Of a stretch of 64,000 nucleotides of DNA, positions 19,840-27,745 are shown one piece after another (positions within the stretch are counted from its first letter, which is position 1; every line of letters starts with the position of its first letter). Source of the DNA: Oscillospiraceae bacterium (GTDB lineage Bacteria; Bacillota; Clostridia; Oscillospirales; Ruminococcaceae); contig JAGAUA010000011.1 in NCBI GenBank assembly GCA_017847885.1, positions 16,770 through 80,769 on the forward strand, written 5' to 3'. A model generated the notes under the pieces. The model did not search any database and had not been told where the DNA came from. It worked only from the letters and a program-made list of their open reading frames with translations. A program made the translations under genes and the position numbers.

Positions 19840-21099
19840 TTATTCCCTCTTTATATCCGCGCCTGCCGAGGCAAGGACCTTTTCGATGTCCTCGTAGCCG
19901 CGGTCGATATAATGTATATTTGAAATTTCACTTGTTCCCTCAGCCGAAAGCGCCGCCGCAACAAGTCCTGCGCCGCCCCTCAAATCGGGAGCAGCAGCCT
20001 TTGCGCCATAAAGCCGCGGCACGCCCTCTATCACCGCCACCTTTCCCTCAACGAGAATATCCGCGCTCATGCGCTTTAGCCCGTCAACGTGCTTGTAGCG
20101 GTTTTCAAAGATGTTCTCCACGAACACCGAGGTACCCTTCGCCTTGCATAACGCCGCCATCACGAATGCCTGAGCGTCGGTGGGAAACCCGGGGTAGACC
20201 ATGGTCCGTATCGGGTCTACCGCGCGAAGGGGAGAGTTTGCGCTGAAATAGATTTTCTCGCCGTGGGTATGGACTATGCAGCCCATCTGCTCGAAAACCC
20301 CCAGTATGCTTTCCATGTCCGAGGGTCTGCACCGCGAAGCGATTATCTCGCCCCCTGCCGCCGCCGTGCAGGCAAGGTATGTCGCACAGGCTATTCTGTC
20401 GGGCATGACCGTGTATTCGCAGCCGTGAAGCTTTTCCGTGCCGTTTACGGTTATCCTGCTGCTGCCTGCGCCGTGTATATCCGCGCCGCACTTGTTGAGA
20501 AAGTCCGCAAGGTCGGATATCTCGGGCTCACGCGCCGCGTTCTGTATCACGGTAACGCCCTTTGCAAGAACTGCGGCAAGCATGATATTTTCCGTTGTGC
20601 CAACCGACGGGAAGGACAAATTTATCTTTGCCCCGTGAAGCCTGCCGTCGGCAAAGCAGTCCAGCACGCCGTACTCCTCGCGTATCACCGCACCCATTTT
20701 GCGAAGGGCGGAAAGGTGCATATCTATCGGTCTGGGACCCAAGTCGCAGCCCCCCGGAAGGGTTATCCTGCACCGCCCCGTCCTGCCGATAAGTGCGCCG
20801 AGGAAGAATATGGACGAACGCATCTCACGCATAAGCTCGTCGGAGATATCGTTTGCCGAAATGGTCTCGGAGGATATCACAACCGTGTTTCCGCTGCCGT
20901 CAAAGCCTGCCTTGCAGCCGAGATATGTAAGAATTTTCATGGCGGAGTATACGTCCGATATTCTCGGGCAGTTGTGCAGAACGGTCTCGCCGCCGCACAA
21001 AACAGCCGCCGCCATTATCGGCAGAGTCGCGTTTTTCGAGCCTTGAACAGCTATCTCTCCGCCCAGCCTTTTTCCTCCGTTTATAATCAATTTCTGCAT
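19840..21099 (-). CDS. murA: UDP-N-acetylglucosamine 1-carboxyvinyltransferase
   Basis: 419 aa, MQKLIINGGKRLGGEIAVQGSKNATLPI. The active-site loop has LPGGCDLGPRPID. Confidence 0.95.
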   Translation of the reverse strand: MQKLIINGGKRLGGEIAVQGSKNATLPIMAAAVLCGGETVLHNCPRISDVYSAMKILTYLGCKAGFDGSGNTVVISSETISANDISDELMREMRSSIFFLGALIGRTGRCRITLPGGCDLGPRPIDMHLSALRKMGAVIREEYGVLDCFADGRLHGAKINLSFPSVGTTENIMLAAVLAKGVTVIQNAAREPEISDLADFLNKCGADIHGAGSSRITVNGTEKLHGCEYTVMPDRIACATYLACTAAAGGEIIASRCRPSDMESILGVFEQMGCIVHTHGEKIYFSANSPLRAVDPIRTMVYPGFPTDAQAFVMAALCKAKGTSVFVENIFENRYKHVDGLKRMSADILVEGKVAVIEGVPRLYGAKAAAPDLRGGAGLVAAALSAEGTSEISNIHYIDRGYEDIEKVLASAGADIKRE

Positions 21100-21119
21100 A
21101 AAGGCAGCTCCCTTACATT

Positions 21120-21285
21120 GGGGAACCTCTAAAAACCTCCTTATCGGCAGATTTTCTATGACTTACATCATCTGCTGCGTTGTCAAACCTTGTAATACAT
21201 CCAGTATTGCTGCGGTTTGACGCCTTGCAGCTGATGTAAGTCATGTACGAAAATCTGCTCGAGTCCCGGTTTTTAGAGAACCCCC
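21120..21285. repeat. ~165-nt imperfect palindrome (long hairpin) in the murG-murA spacer
   Basis: Outer arms: GGGGAACCTCTAAAAACC and GGTTTTTAGAGAACCCCC. Inner arms: GCAGATTTTC..ATGACTTACATCA..GTCAAACC and GGTTTGAC..TGATGTAAGTCAT..GAAAATCTGC. Confidence 0.8.
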
Positions 21286-21295
21286 GTTTTATTTT

Positions 21296-21355
21296 ATACT
21301 ATGCTGTAAGGGATTTTTGGTGCGTAAATACTATGCTGTAAGGGAATTTTGGTGC
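21296..21355. repeat. Two tandem 28-nt direct repeats (32-nt period)
   Basis: ATACTATGCTGTAAGGGATTTTTGGTGC and ATACTATGCTGTAAGGGAATTTTGGTGC. Confidence 0.85.
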
Positions 21356-21364
21356 AAAAATCAG

Positions 21365-22501
21365 TTATTCCTTGCCGATAAGCCGCTTTATCACGGCGTA
21401 TATCCTGTCATTTGTGTCCTTTACGTATGTATCCGCCGCACGCTTTGAAAGAGCGTTCAGCTTTTCGGGGTCGTCGGTCAGCTCTTTTACCTTTTCAATA
21501 AGCAGCTCATCTGTAAGGTTTTTCTCCTCAATGACGACCGCCGCACCTGCCCTGCCCAGCACCATAGCGTTGTGGTACTGGTGATTTGCTGTAACATTTG
21601 GCGACGGGATAAGCACCGACGCCCGTCCCATTGCCTGAAGCTCGGAAATAGTGGACGCGCCACTCCTGCATATTATCAAGTCGGCAGCCGCAAGGCACAC
21701 GTCCATGTTGTGGATATACTCCTTAACGATGAGCCTGTCGTCCTTTTCGGAGTCGATACCCGATTCCGCAAGCCTTTGGAGGAAGGTGTCCTTACCCATT
21801 TTTCCGTAGCCGTGAATGTGGTTTATTGGCAGGTTTCCGTCCTTTTCCCACTTTATAAGAGCAAGTGCGCCGTTGTTTATCGCACCTGCGCCGAGACTTC
21901 CGCCAAAGCTGAATATGCAAAGGCTTTCGTCAAGACCAAGCTGCTTTTTCGCTTCCGAACGGTTTATCGCTCCTGCCGAAAAGCCAGCGCGAACGGGCAG
22001 ACCCGTCACGGTGTATTTTGCGCAAGCGTCAAGGTGCTGCGCCGCTTCCTCAACGGTGAGCATGACCTCGTCCACCTTTTTTGCAAGGAGACGGTTGGTT
22101 ATTCCGGGGAAAGCGTTCTGCTCGTGGATAACGGTGGGTATGCCCATTTGAACAGCCTTTGCAAGAATGGGATAACTTACGTAGCCACCCGTGCCGATAA
22201 CGATGTCGGGCTTGAAATCAGAAATTATTTTGTGTGAGCGGTATCCCGAAGCGGCAAGATATGCTGCCGCCTTTGCGTTGCGGACGAGATTTTTCGGCGT
22301 AGGCTTCCGCTGAAAGCCGCTGACCTTTATTGGCGCAAAGTTATACCCTGCTTGTGGGATAAGCTTTGCCTCCATACCGTTTGGAGTTCCTGCGAAGAGA
22401 AACTCCGCGTCGGGGTTATGTTCCTTTATTATTGAAGCTATCGCAAGGGCAGGGTTAATATGTCCGCCCGTTCCGCCGCCTGCAAGCAGCACCCTAAGCA
22501 T
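21365..22501 (-). CDS. murG: Lipid II synthase MurG (undecaprenyl-PP-MurNAc-pentapeptide GlcNAc transferase)
   Basis: GGGTGGHINPALA N-terminus, and its position in the dcw cluster. Confidence 0.95.
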   Translation of the reverse strand: MLRVLLAGGGTGGHINPALAIASIIKEHNPDAEFLFAGTPNGMEAKLIPQAGYNFAPIKVSGFQRKPTPKNLVRNAKAAAYLAASGYRSHKIISDFKPDIVIGTGGYVSYPILAKAVQMGIPTVIHEQNAFPGITNRLLAKKVDEVMLTVEEAAQHLDACAKYTVTGLPVRAGFSAGAINRSEAKKQLGLDESLCIFSFGGSLGAGAINNGALALIKWEKDGNLPINHIHGYGKMGKDTFLQRLAESGIDSEKDDRLIVKEYIHNMDVCLAAADLIICRSGASTISELQAMGRASVLIPSPNVTANHQYHNAMVLGRAGAAVVIEEKNLTDELLIEKVKELTDDPEKLNALSKRAADTYVKDTNDRIYAVIKRLIGKE

Positions 22502-22524
22502 TGTTACCAGTCCTTTCCCACACT

Positions 22525-23769
22525 CTAATTTTCAATTATCGACTGCCGCGATACGTTCAGCACTATTCCCATCTGGGCAAGCTGCATTATCAGAGCCGTT
22601 CCGCCGTAGCTGAAAAACGGCAGGGATACGCCCGTGTTTGGGATAGTGTTTGTTACAACAGCGATATTCAGAAGTGCCTGCAAGCCTATCTGCACCGTCA
22701 GACCCAGCGCAAGCATCATGCCGAATTTATCGGGAGCTTTTGAAGCAATGTAAAAGCCGCGAATGATAAAAAGCAGAAACAGAATAATTACAAGCAGAGC
22801 TCCCACGAAGCCAAGCTCCTCGCATACAACCGCGAAAACGAAGTCGTTCTTTGCCTCGGGAAGATAGAGGAACTTCTGTCTGGAATTTCCCAGACCAAGC
22901 CCGAAAAGTCCGCCCGAGCCGATAGCGATAAGGCTGTTTCGGGTCTGCCACGTTGCTTCCTTGTTGTCCGATTCAAAGGGATAAAGCCATGAGATGATAC
23001 GCTTTTCAAAGTAGGAAAAGCCCTTTACCTCAATGAGTATGAACAGGATTATCGCAAGCGCGGTAATACCCACAGCCGCAAGCGCAAGAAGGTGCTGCAC
23101 CTTTGAGCCGCCGACAAACATCATGATTATGCCGATAGCGCAGATGATGATAGTACCCGAAAGGTGAGGCTGGAGCATCATAAGTCCGACCACTACTCCC
23201 AAAAATATCAGAAACGGGATAATGCCGTATTTGAACTTTTTCATCTTGGAGTAGTTGACCGAGATAAGGTAGGAAAACAGTATTATTATCGCAAGCTTCA
23301 TCATTTCCGACGGCTGGAATGCCGGCAGTCCGGGGAACTTTACCCAGCGGTAGGAATTGTTGTGGGGGTCGGTAAAAGGTCCCACTCTGCACAATAACAG
23401 AAGCACAACGCAGAAGCCGTAAAAGCCGTATGCGATGATAGGCTTTCTCAGCCAGTGGTAGTCGAAAAACGACGCAAAGAACATTCCCGCAAGTCCTATC
23501 GCCGCCATTTTAAGCTGGTTCTGAACATAGTCCGTACCCTTGCCGCCCTCGGCGATAGCCCACGCATAGCCTGCGGAAAACATCATGATTATACCCATAA
23601 CAAGGAGAATCATTACTATAAGAAAGAACGGAAAATCCATGGGTCCCGTTGCAAATTTTTCGGTGTAGCCCTTTGAAGTGCCGCTTGAGGTTATCTTTTT
23701 GCGCGAAGCGTTTTTGGCTTTTCGGCTTTGACGTCCGCTGTCCGAAGCAGCGCCTGCGGTATTTTGCAT
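22525..23769 (-). CDS. ftsW: SEDS-family peptidoglycan glycosyltransferase FtsW/SpoVE
   Basis: Polytopic membrane protein with a SEDS signature (QPSEMMKL, GLGNSRQKFLYLPEAKNDFVFA, SYGGT). Confidence 0.9.
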   Translation of the reverse strand: MQNTAGAASDSGRQSRKAKNASRKKITSSGTSKGYTEKFATGPMDFPFFLIVMILLVMGIIMMFSAGYAWAIAEGGKGTDYVQNQLKMAAIGLAGMFFASFFDYHWLRKPIIAYGFYGFCVVLLLLCRVGPFTDPHNNSYRWVKFPGLPAFQPSEMMKLAIIILFSYLISVNYSKMKKFKYGIIPFLIFLGVVVGLMMLQPHLSGTIIICAIGIIMMFVGGSKVQHLLALAAVGITALAIILFILIEVKGFSYFEKRIISWLYPFESDNKEATWQTRNSLIAIGSGGLFGLGLGNSRQKFLYLPEAKNDFVFAVVCEELGFVGALLVIILFLLFIIRGFYIASKAPDKFGMMLALGLTVQIGLQALLNIAVVTNTIPNTGVSLPFFSYGGTALIMQLAQMGIVLNVSRQSIIEN

Positions 23770-23803
23770 AGCTTATCTCCTTTCGGGTATAGTTTGGGAA
23801 AGC

Positions 23804-24817
23804 TTAACAGAGGTTGTATATCAGATTTGCCCCAACGCCTGCAATAAGCGCGGCGGCAGAAAATGTAATAACTATCTTGTATTCGGAAAATCCGCACATT
23901 TCAAAGTGGTGATGAATGGGCGACATCTTGAAAAGACGCTTGCCCTTTGTAAGCTTGAAGTAGGTCACCTGAATTACCACCGAAAGCGCCTCGGCAATAT
24001 ACACTACCGCTATCAGCGCAAGAAGAAGGTGTCTGTGTGTTGCAAAGCCAATGGCGCACACCGCTCCGCCGAGAAACATTGAGCCTGTGTCGCCCATGAA
24101 AACCTTGGCAGGGTGCAAATTCCACACCAAAAAGCCGAGACAGCCTCCTGCAAGAGCCATGGAGAAAATGGAGTACTCCCACATTCCCATAGCCGCGCAG
24201 AGCATTACAAAGGAAAGCGCCGCTATGACCGTTACCGAGCCGCAAAGTCCGTCTACACCGTCGGTAAGGTTGACCGCGTTGGTGAGGAATATCAGATACA
24301 GAACCATTATGGGATAGTAGAATATGCCGAAGTCAACGTCCCCGAAAAAGGGAAAGCGTATCGCTGTGGAATGGTCTCCCAGCAGGTAAAGGACGTACAG
24401 AAACGCGCAGCTCAAAACAAGCTGCATTATCATTTTCTGCTTTGCCCTAAGACCGAGATTTTGCTTCTTCACCGCCTTGATGTAGTCGTCTGTAAAGCCT
24501 ATACCTGCATTGAGAAGCGCAAAGCCGAAGCCTGCAATAAGCCTGTAAAAATTCGTGTTGTCGGGCAAAGCGGCTGCGTCTGCAGAGCGGAAACGGAATA
24601 TCGCATATCCCACGGCAACAGCAATCGCCGTGCCGATAATAAACATAAATCCGCCCATCATCGGAGTGCCCTGCTTGCTTTTGTGCCACGCAGGTCCCTT
24701 TTCATAAATAGTCTGACCGAAATGCAGCTTTTTAAGCAGCGGAATGAGAAATATTCCCGTTACAGCCGACACGCCGAATGACACCAGCGCAACGATTAAA
24801 TTTATCCAAAATGGCAT
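23804..24817 (-). CDS. mraY: Phospho-N-acetylmuramoyl-pentapeptide transferase
   Basis: NAVNLTDGVDGL, GDTGSMFLGG and PIHHHFE motifs. Confidence 0.97.
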   Translation of the reverse strand: MPFWINLIVALVSFGVSAVTGIFLIPLLKKLHFGQTIYEKGPAWHKSKQGTPMMGGFMFIIGTAIAVAVGYAIFRFRSADAAALPDNTNFYRLIAGFGFALLNAGIGFTDDYIKAVKKQNLGLRAKQKMIMQLVLSCAFLYVLYLLGDHSTAIRFPFFGDVDFGIFYYPIMVLYLIFLTNAVNLTDGVDGLCGSVTVIAALSFVMLCAAMGMWEYSIFSMALAGGCLGFLVWNLHPAKVFMGDTGSMFLGGAVCAIGFATHRHLLLALIAVVYIAEALSVVIQVTYFKLTKGKRLFKMSPIHHHFEMCGFSEYKIVITFSAAALIAGVGANLIYNLC

Positions 24818-24835
24818 AAACTATCCTCCAAGCAA

Positions 24836-27718
24836 TCAGCAGTCTTTGTAAAAGTCCTCGATAAGCTCCTCCATGTGGATACCGCGGCTTGCCTTGAAAA
24901 GCACGATATCATTGGGCTTGAGCTTATATTTCAGGAAGTTGAGGACCATTTTCTTGTCCTCGGAGCAGCCTGCGTGCATACCAAGCTCGTCGGCGCGCTT
25001 TGCGATGAACTTCGCGTTTTTGCCGTAGCATACAAGCAGGTCAACGCCCTTTTTCACGATATACTCGCCTATCTGCTCATGCAGGTTGTCGGAATCCTCG
25101 CCAAGCTCCAGCATATCTCCAAGCACCGCAACGCGCCTGCCGCCCTCCTGGGGCTTCATCTCGCAAAGCACGTCGATAGACGCTTTCATTGACGTGGGCG
25201 AAGCATTGTAGCAATCCACAATAATTGTCTGCTCGCCCCGCTTCTGGACGTGCTGGCGGAGGGAATCGGGCTGGAACGCGCTGAGCATTTCCGCCGCCGC
25301 AACAGGGTCGCAGCCCACCACAACAGCCGCGCAGACTGCCGCAAGAGCGTTATAGATATTGTGCCTGCCTATGCAGAAAAGCGACACATCGCAGATTATC
25401 TCTCCGCCGGTCATTATGTTGAAATACATTCTGTCGTTTTTCACGCATATATCCACCGCGCGGTAATCGGCGCTTTCGTTTTCGATACCGTAGGTGATGA
25501 CCTGACAGTATCCCTCGTAATCCTCTTTGAGCGGCGCAAGGAAAGGGTCGTCGCCATTTACGATAAGAGGAGCCTTTCTGTCCGCGCCCTTGAGTATCTC
25601 AAGCTTTGCCTCAAGGATACCCTCCTGGGAGCCGAGATTTTCTATGTGGGAATAGCCGATGTTGGTTATGATACATACGTTGGGGCGCGCCGTTCTGGAA
25701 AGACGCTCTATCTCTCCGAAGTCGGACATACCCATCTCAAACACCGCCGCCGAGCAGCTGTGGTTGAGCTTGAATATCGTGAAGGGCAGACCTATCTCGT
25801 TGTTGTGGTTGCCCTCGGTCTTGAATACGCTGTGCTGGCAGGAAAGCGCAAGAGCCACCATGTCCTTGGTCGTGGTCTTGCCCACGCTTCCCGTAATTCC
25901 CACAACGGGGATATTGAACTTGCTTCTGAAATGTCTGCCCAAGTCAAGCAGAGCCTTGCGCGTGCTTTTCACAACAATGCTGGGGACGTCCACCACCGTG
26001 CGCTCCGTTATTGCAAGTATCGCACCGTTATCCACCGCCTGCTTTGCAAAGTTGTGACCGTCGAAGCGTGAGCCTTTAAGCGCCACGAATACGCCGCCCT
26101 GAACGATATTTCTCGTATCGGAGAAAAGCCCCGACATCGTGATTTTCCGCTCAAAATTCTTTATGGAGTAGGGTTTCCCCCCCGTAACATCCATAATTTC
26201 GTTTATGGTCATGACCTCGTACATATTGGGGTCGTATCTCTTTCTTGTGTAGCCGCTCATTATCTCCTTTACGATCTCGCGCTCGTCAAAGTGTATATGA
26301 ACGTTGTCCTTTAATATCTGGTAATCCTCGTGACCCTTTCCTGCAAGAACGATTATATCGCCCTTTTCTGCAATGGTTATCGCACGGTGTATAGCCGCAC
26401 GTCTGTCGGTTATCCTGATATACGGCTTCATAAGGGTAAGACCGCCCACAATGTCGTCGATGATAGCGTCGGGGTCTTCATTTCGGGGATTATCCGAGGT
26501 GATGATAAGCAGGTCGGAATACTTCTCCGCCGCCTTAGCCATAAGGGGACGCTTTGTCTTGTCACGGTCTCCGCCGCAGCCGAAAAGGCAGATAAGCCGT
26601 CCCGAGCAGCCCTCCTTGATGTTGGGGAGCATATTTTCCAGCGCGTCGGGAGAGTGGGCATAGTCGCAGATTATCGAGAAATCCCTGCCCGTTGGTATAA
26701 ACTCGCAGCGTCCTCTAACGCCGCGGAAGCTTGCCACGGCAGAGGTAACGTTATTCATGCTGATATTGAGCTTCAAGCACGCCGCAATTGCCTCAATTGC
26801 GTTGCTGACGTTGTATGTGCCCAGCATATTCAGATGGAAGGGATAGCTCTTTGTTGCAATGGAGAGCCAGAACTTTGTCACATTTTTTGATACCCTTATC
26901 TGATTTGCGGAAACCGTTGCGGGCTGACCGCTTATTGTGCAGGATACCCTTTCAATTCCCGTGCTTTCAAGCTCCTCGTAAAGGCGCATACCGTAGCGGT
27001 CGTCGATGTTGATTATCGCCGTTTCGCAATGCTCGGTAAAAAGCTTTTTCTTCGCCTCGTAGTAGCTTTCCATATCGCCGTGGTAGTCGAGATGGTCCTG
27101 AGTGAGATTTGTGAAAATTCCTATGCGGAACATGGCAGGACCGATGCGGTTTTGGTCGAGAGCAAAGGAGGAGACCTCCATAACAACGCAGTCGCAGCCG
27201 TTTTTCGCCATGTCGTAGAATATCTTGTAAAGCTCGTAAACGCGGGGAGTCGTAGGGGTAGAGCCGTCCGTCTCGATAGGCTTGCCGTTAATGAGCGCGC
27301 CCGTTGTGCCGATAAATCCAACACGGTGTCCGTTTTCCGCAAGCACATGGCTTATCATGGTGGCAAGAGTGGTCTTGCCGTTTGTACCCGTAACGCCGAT
27401 AAGCTTCATGCGCCGTTCGGGGTGATTGAACCATATTGCGCAAAGATGTCCGTAGAAGGTACGCGAATTTCTGACTATTATCTGATTGTCCAGACCCAGG
27501 TCGCGCTCCGTTACAATGCAAAGCGCACCCTTTTCAAATGCGTCAACAGCAAAGTCGTGACCGTCAAATTTCGCACCCTTTACGCATACGAAAATACAGC
27601 CCTCCGTGATATTTTCGGTATTATCGGTAATATCCGTGACCGCCGCGTGTTTGTCAAGCACATTTTCCTTTATCGGCATGACCTTTGCCGCTTCGTCAAG
27701 AAGTTCGTCTAGTCTCAT
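24836..27718 (-). CDS. murE/murF: Fused MurE (tripeptide synthase) - MurF (D-Ala-D-Ala adding enzyme), 960 aa
   Basis: The N-terminal half has GVTGTNGKTT and TSDNPRNEDP (MurE). The C-terminal half restarts with a MurF-like N-terminus (MTINEIMDVTGGK) and a second GITGSVGKTT. It is one uninterrupted frame. Confidence 0.85.
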   Translation of the reverse strand: MRLDELLDEAAKVMPIKENVLDKHAAVTDITDNTENITEGCIFVCVKGAKFDGHDFAVDAFEKGALCIVTERDLGLDNQIIVRNSRTFYGHLCAIWFNHPERRMKLIGVTGTNGKTTLATMISHVLAENGHRVGFIGTTGALINGKPIETDGSTPTTPRVYELYKIFYDMAKNGCDCVVMEVSSFALDQNRIGPAMFRIGIFTNLTQDHLDYHGDMESYYEAKKKLFTEHCETAIINIDDRYGMRLYEELESTGIERVSCTISGQPATVSANQIRVSKNVTKFWLSIATKSYPFHLNMLGTYNVSNAIEAIAACLKLNISMNNVTSAVASFRGVRGRCEFIPTGRDFSIICDYAHSPDALENMLPNIKEGCSGRLICLFGCGGDRDKTKRPLMAKAAEKYSDLLIITSDNPRNEDPDAIIDDIVGGLTLMKPYIRITDRRAAIHRAITIAEKGDIIVLAGKGHEDYQILKDNVHIHFDEREIVKEIMSGYTRKRYDPNMYEVMTINEIMDVTGGKPYSIKNFERKITMSGLFSDTRNIVQGGVFVALKGSRFDGHNFAKQAVDNGAILAITERTVVDVPSIVVKSTRKALLDLGRHFRSKFNIPVVGITGSVGKTTTKDMVALALSCQHSVFKTEGNHNNEIGLPFTIFKLNHSCSAAVFEMGMSDFGEIERLSRTARPNVCIITNIGYSHIENLGSQEGILEAKLEILKGADRKAPLIVNGDDPFLAPLKEDYEGYCQVITYGIENESADYRAVDICVKNDRMYFNIMTGGEIICDVSLFCIGRHNIYNALAAVCAAVVVGCDPVAAAEMLSAFQPDSLRQHVQKRGEQTIIVDCYNASPTSMKASIDVLCEMKPQEGGRRVAVLGDMLELGEDSDNLHEQIGEYIVKKGVDLLVCYGKNAKFIAKRADELGMHAGCSEDKKMVLNFLKYKLKPNDIVLFKASRGIHMEELIEDFYKDC

Positions 27719-27745
27719 ATTATCATCCTCTCCCGGGTATTAGTA

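Noticed and set aside
20263-21132. 289-aa ORF antisense to murA
   Set aside because: It is the shadow frame of murA.
21268-21285. GGTTTTTAGAG string reminiscent of type II CRISPR repeats, also seen at 33421-33431
   Set aside because: There is no array of repeats and spacers and no cas genes. At 21.2 kb it is simply one arm of the long palindrome. An 11-mer shared with the mgtE leader is within chance expectation.
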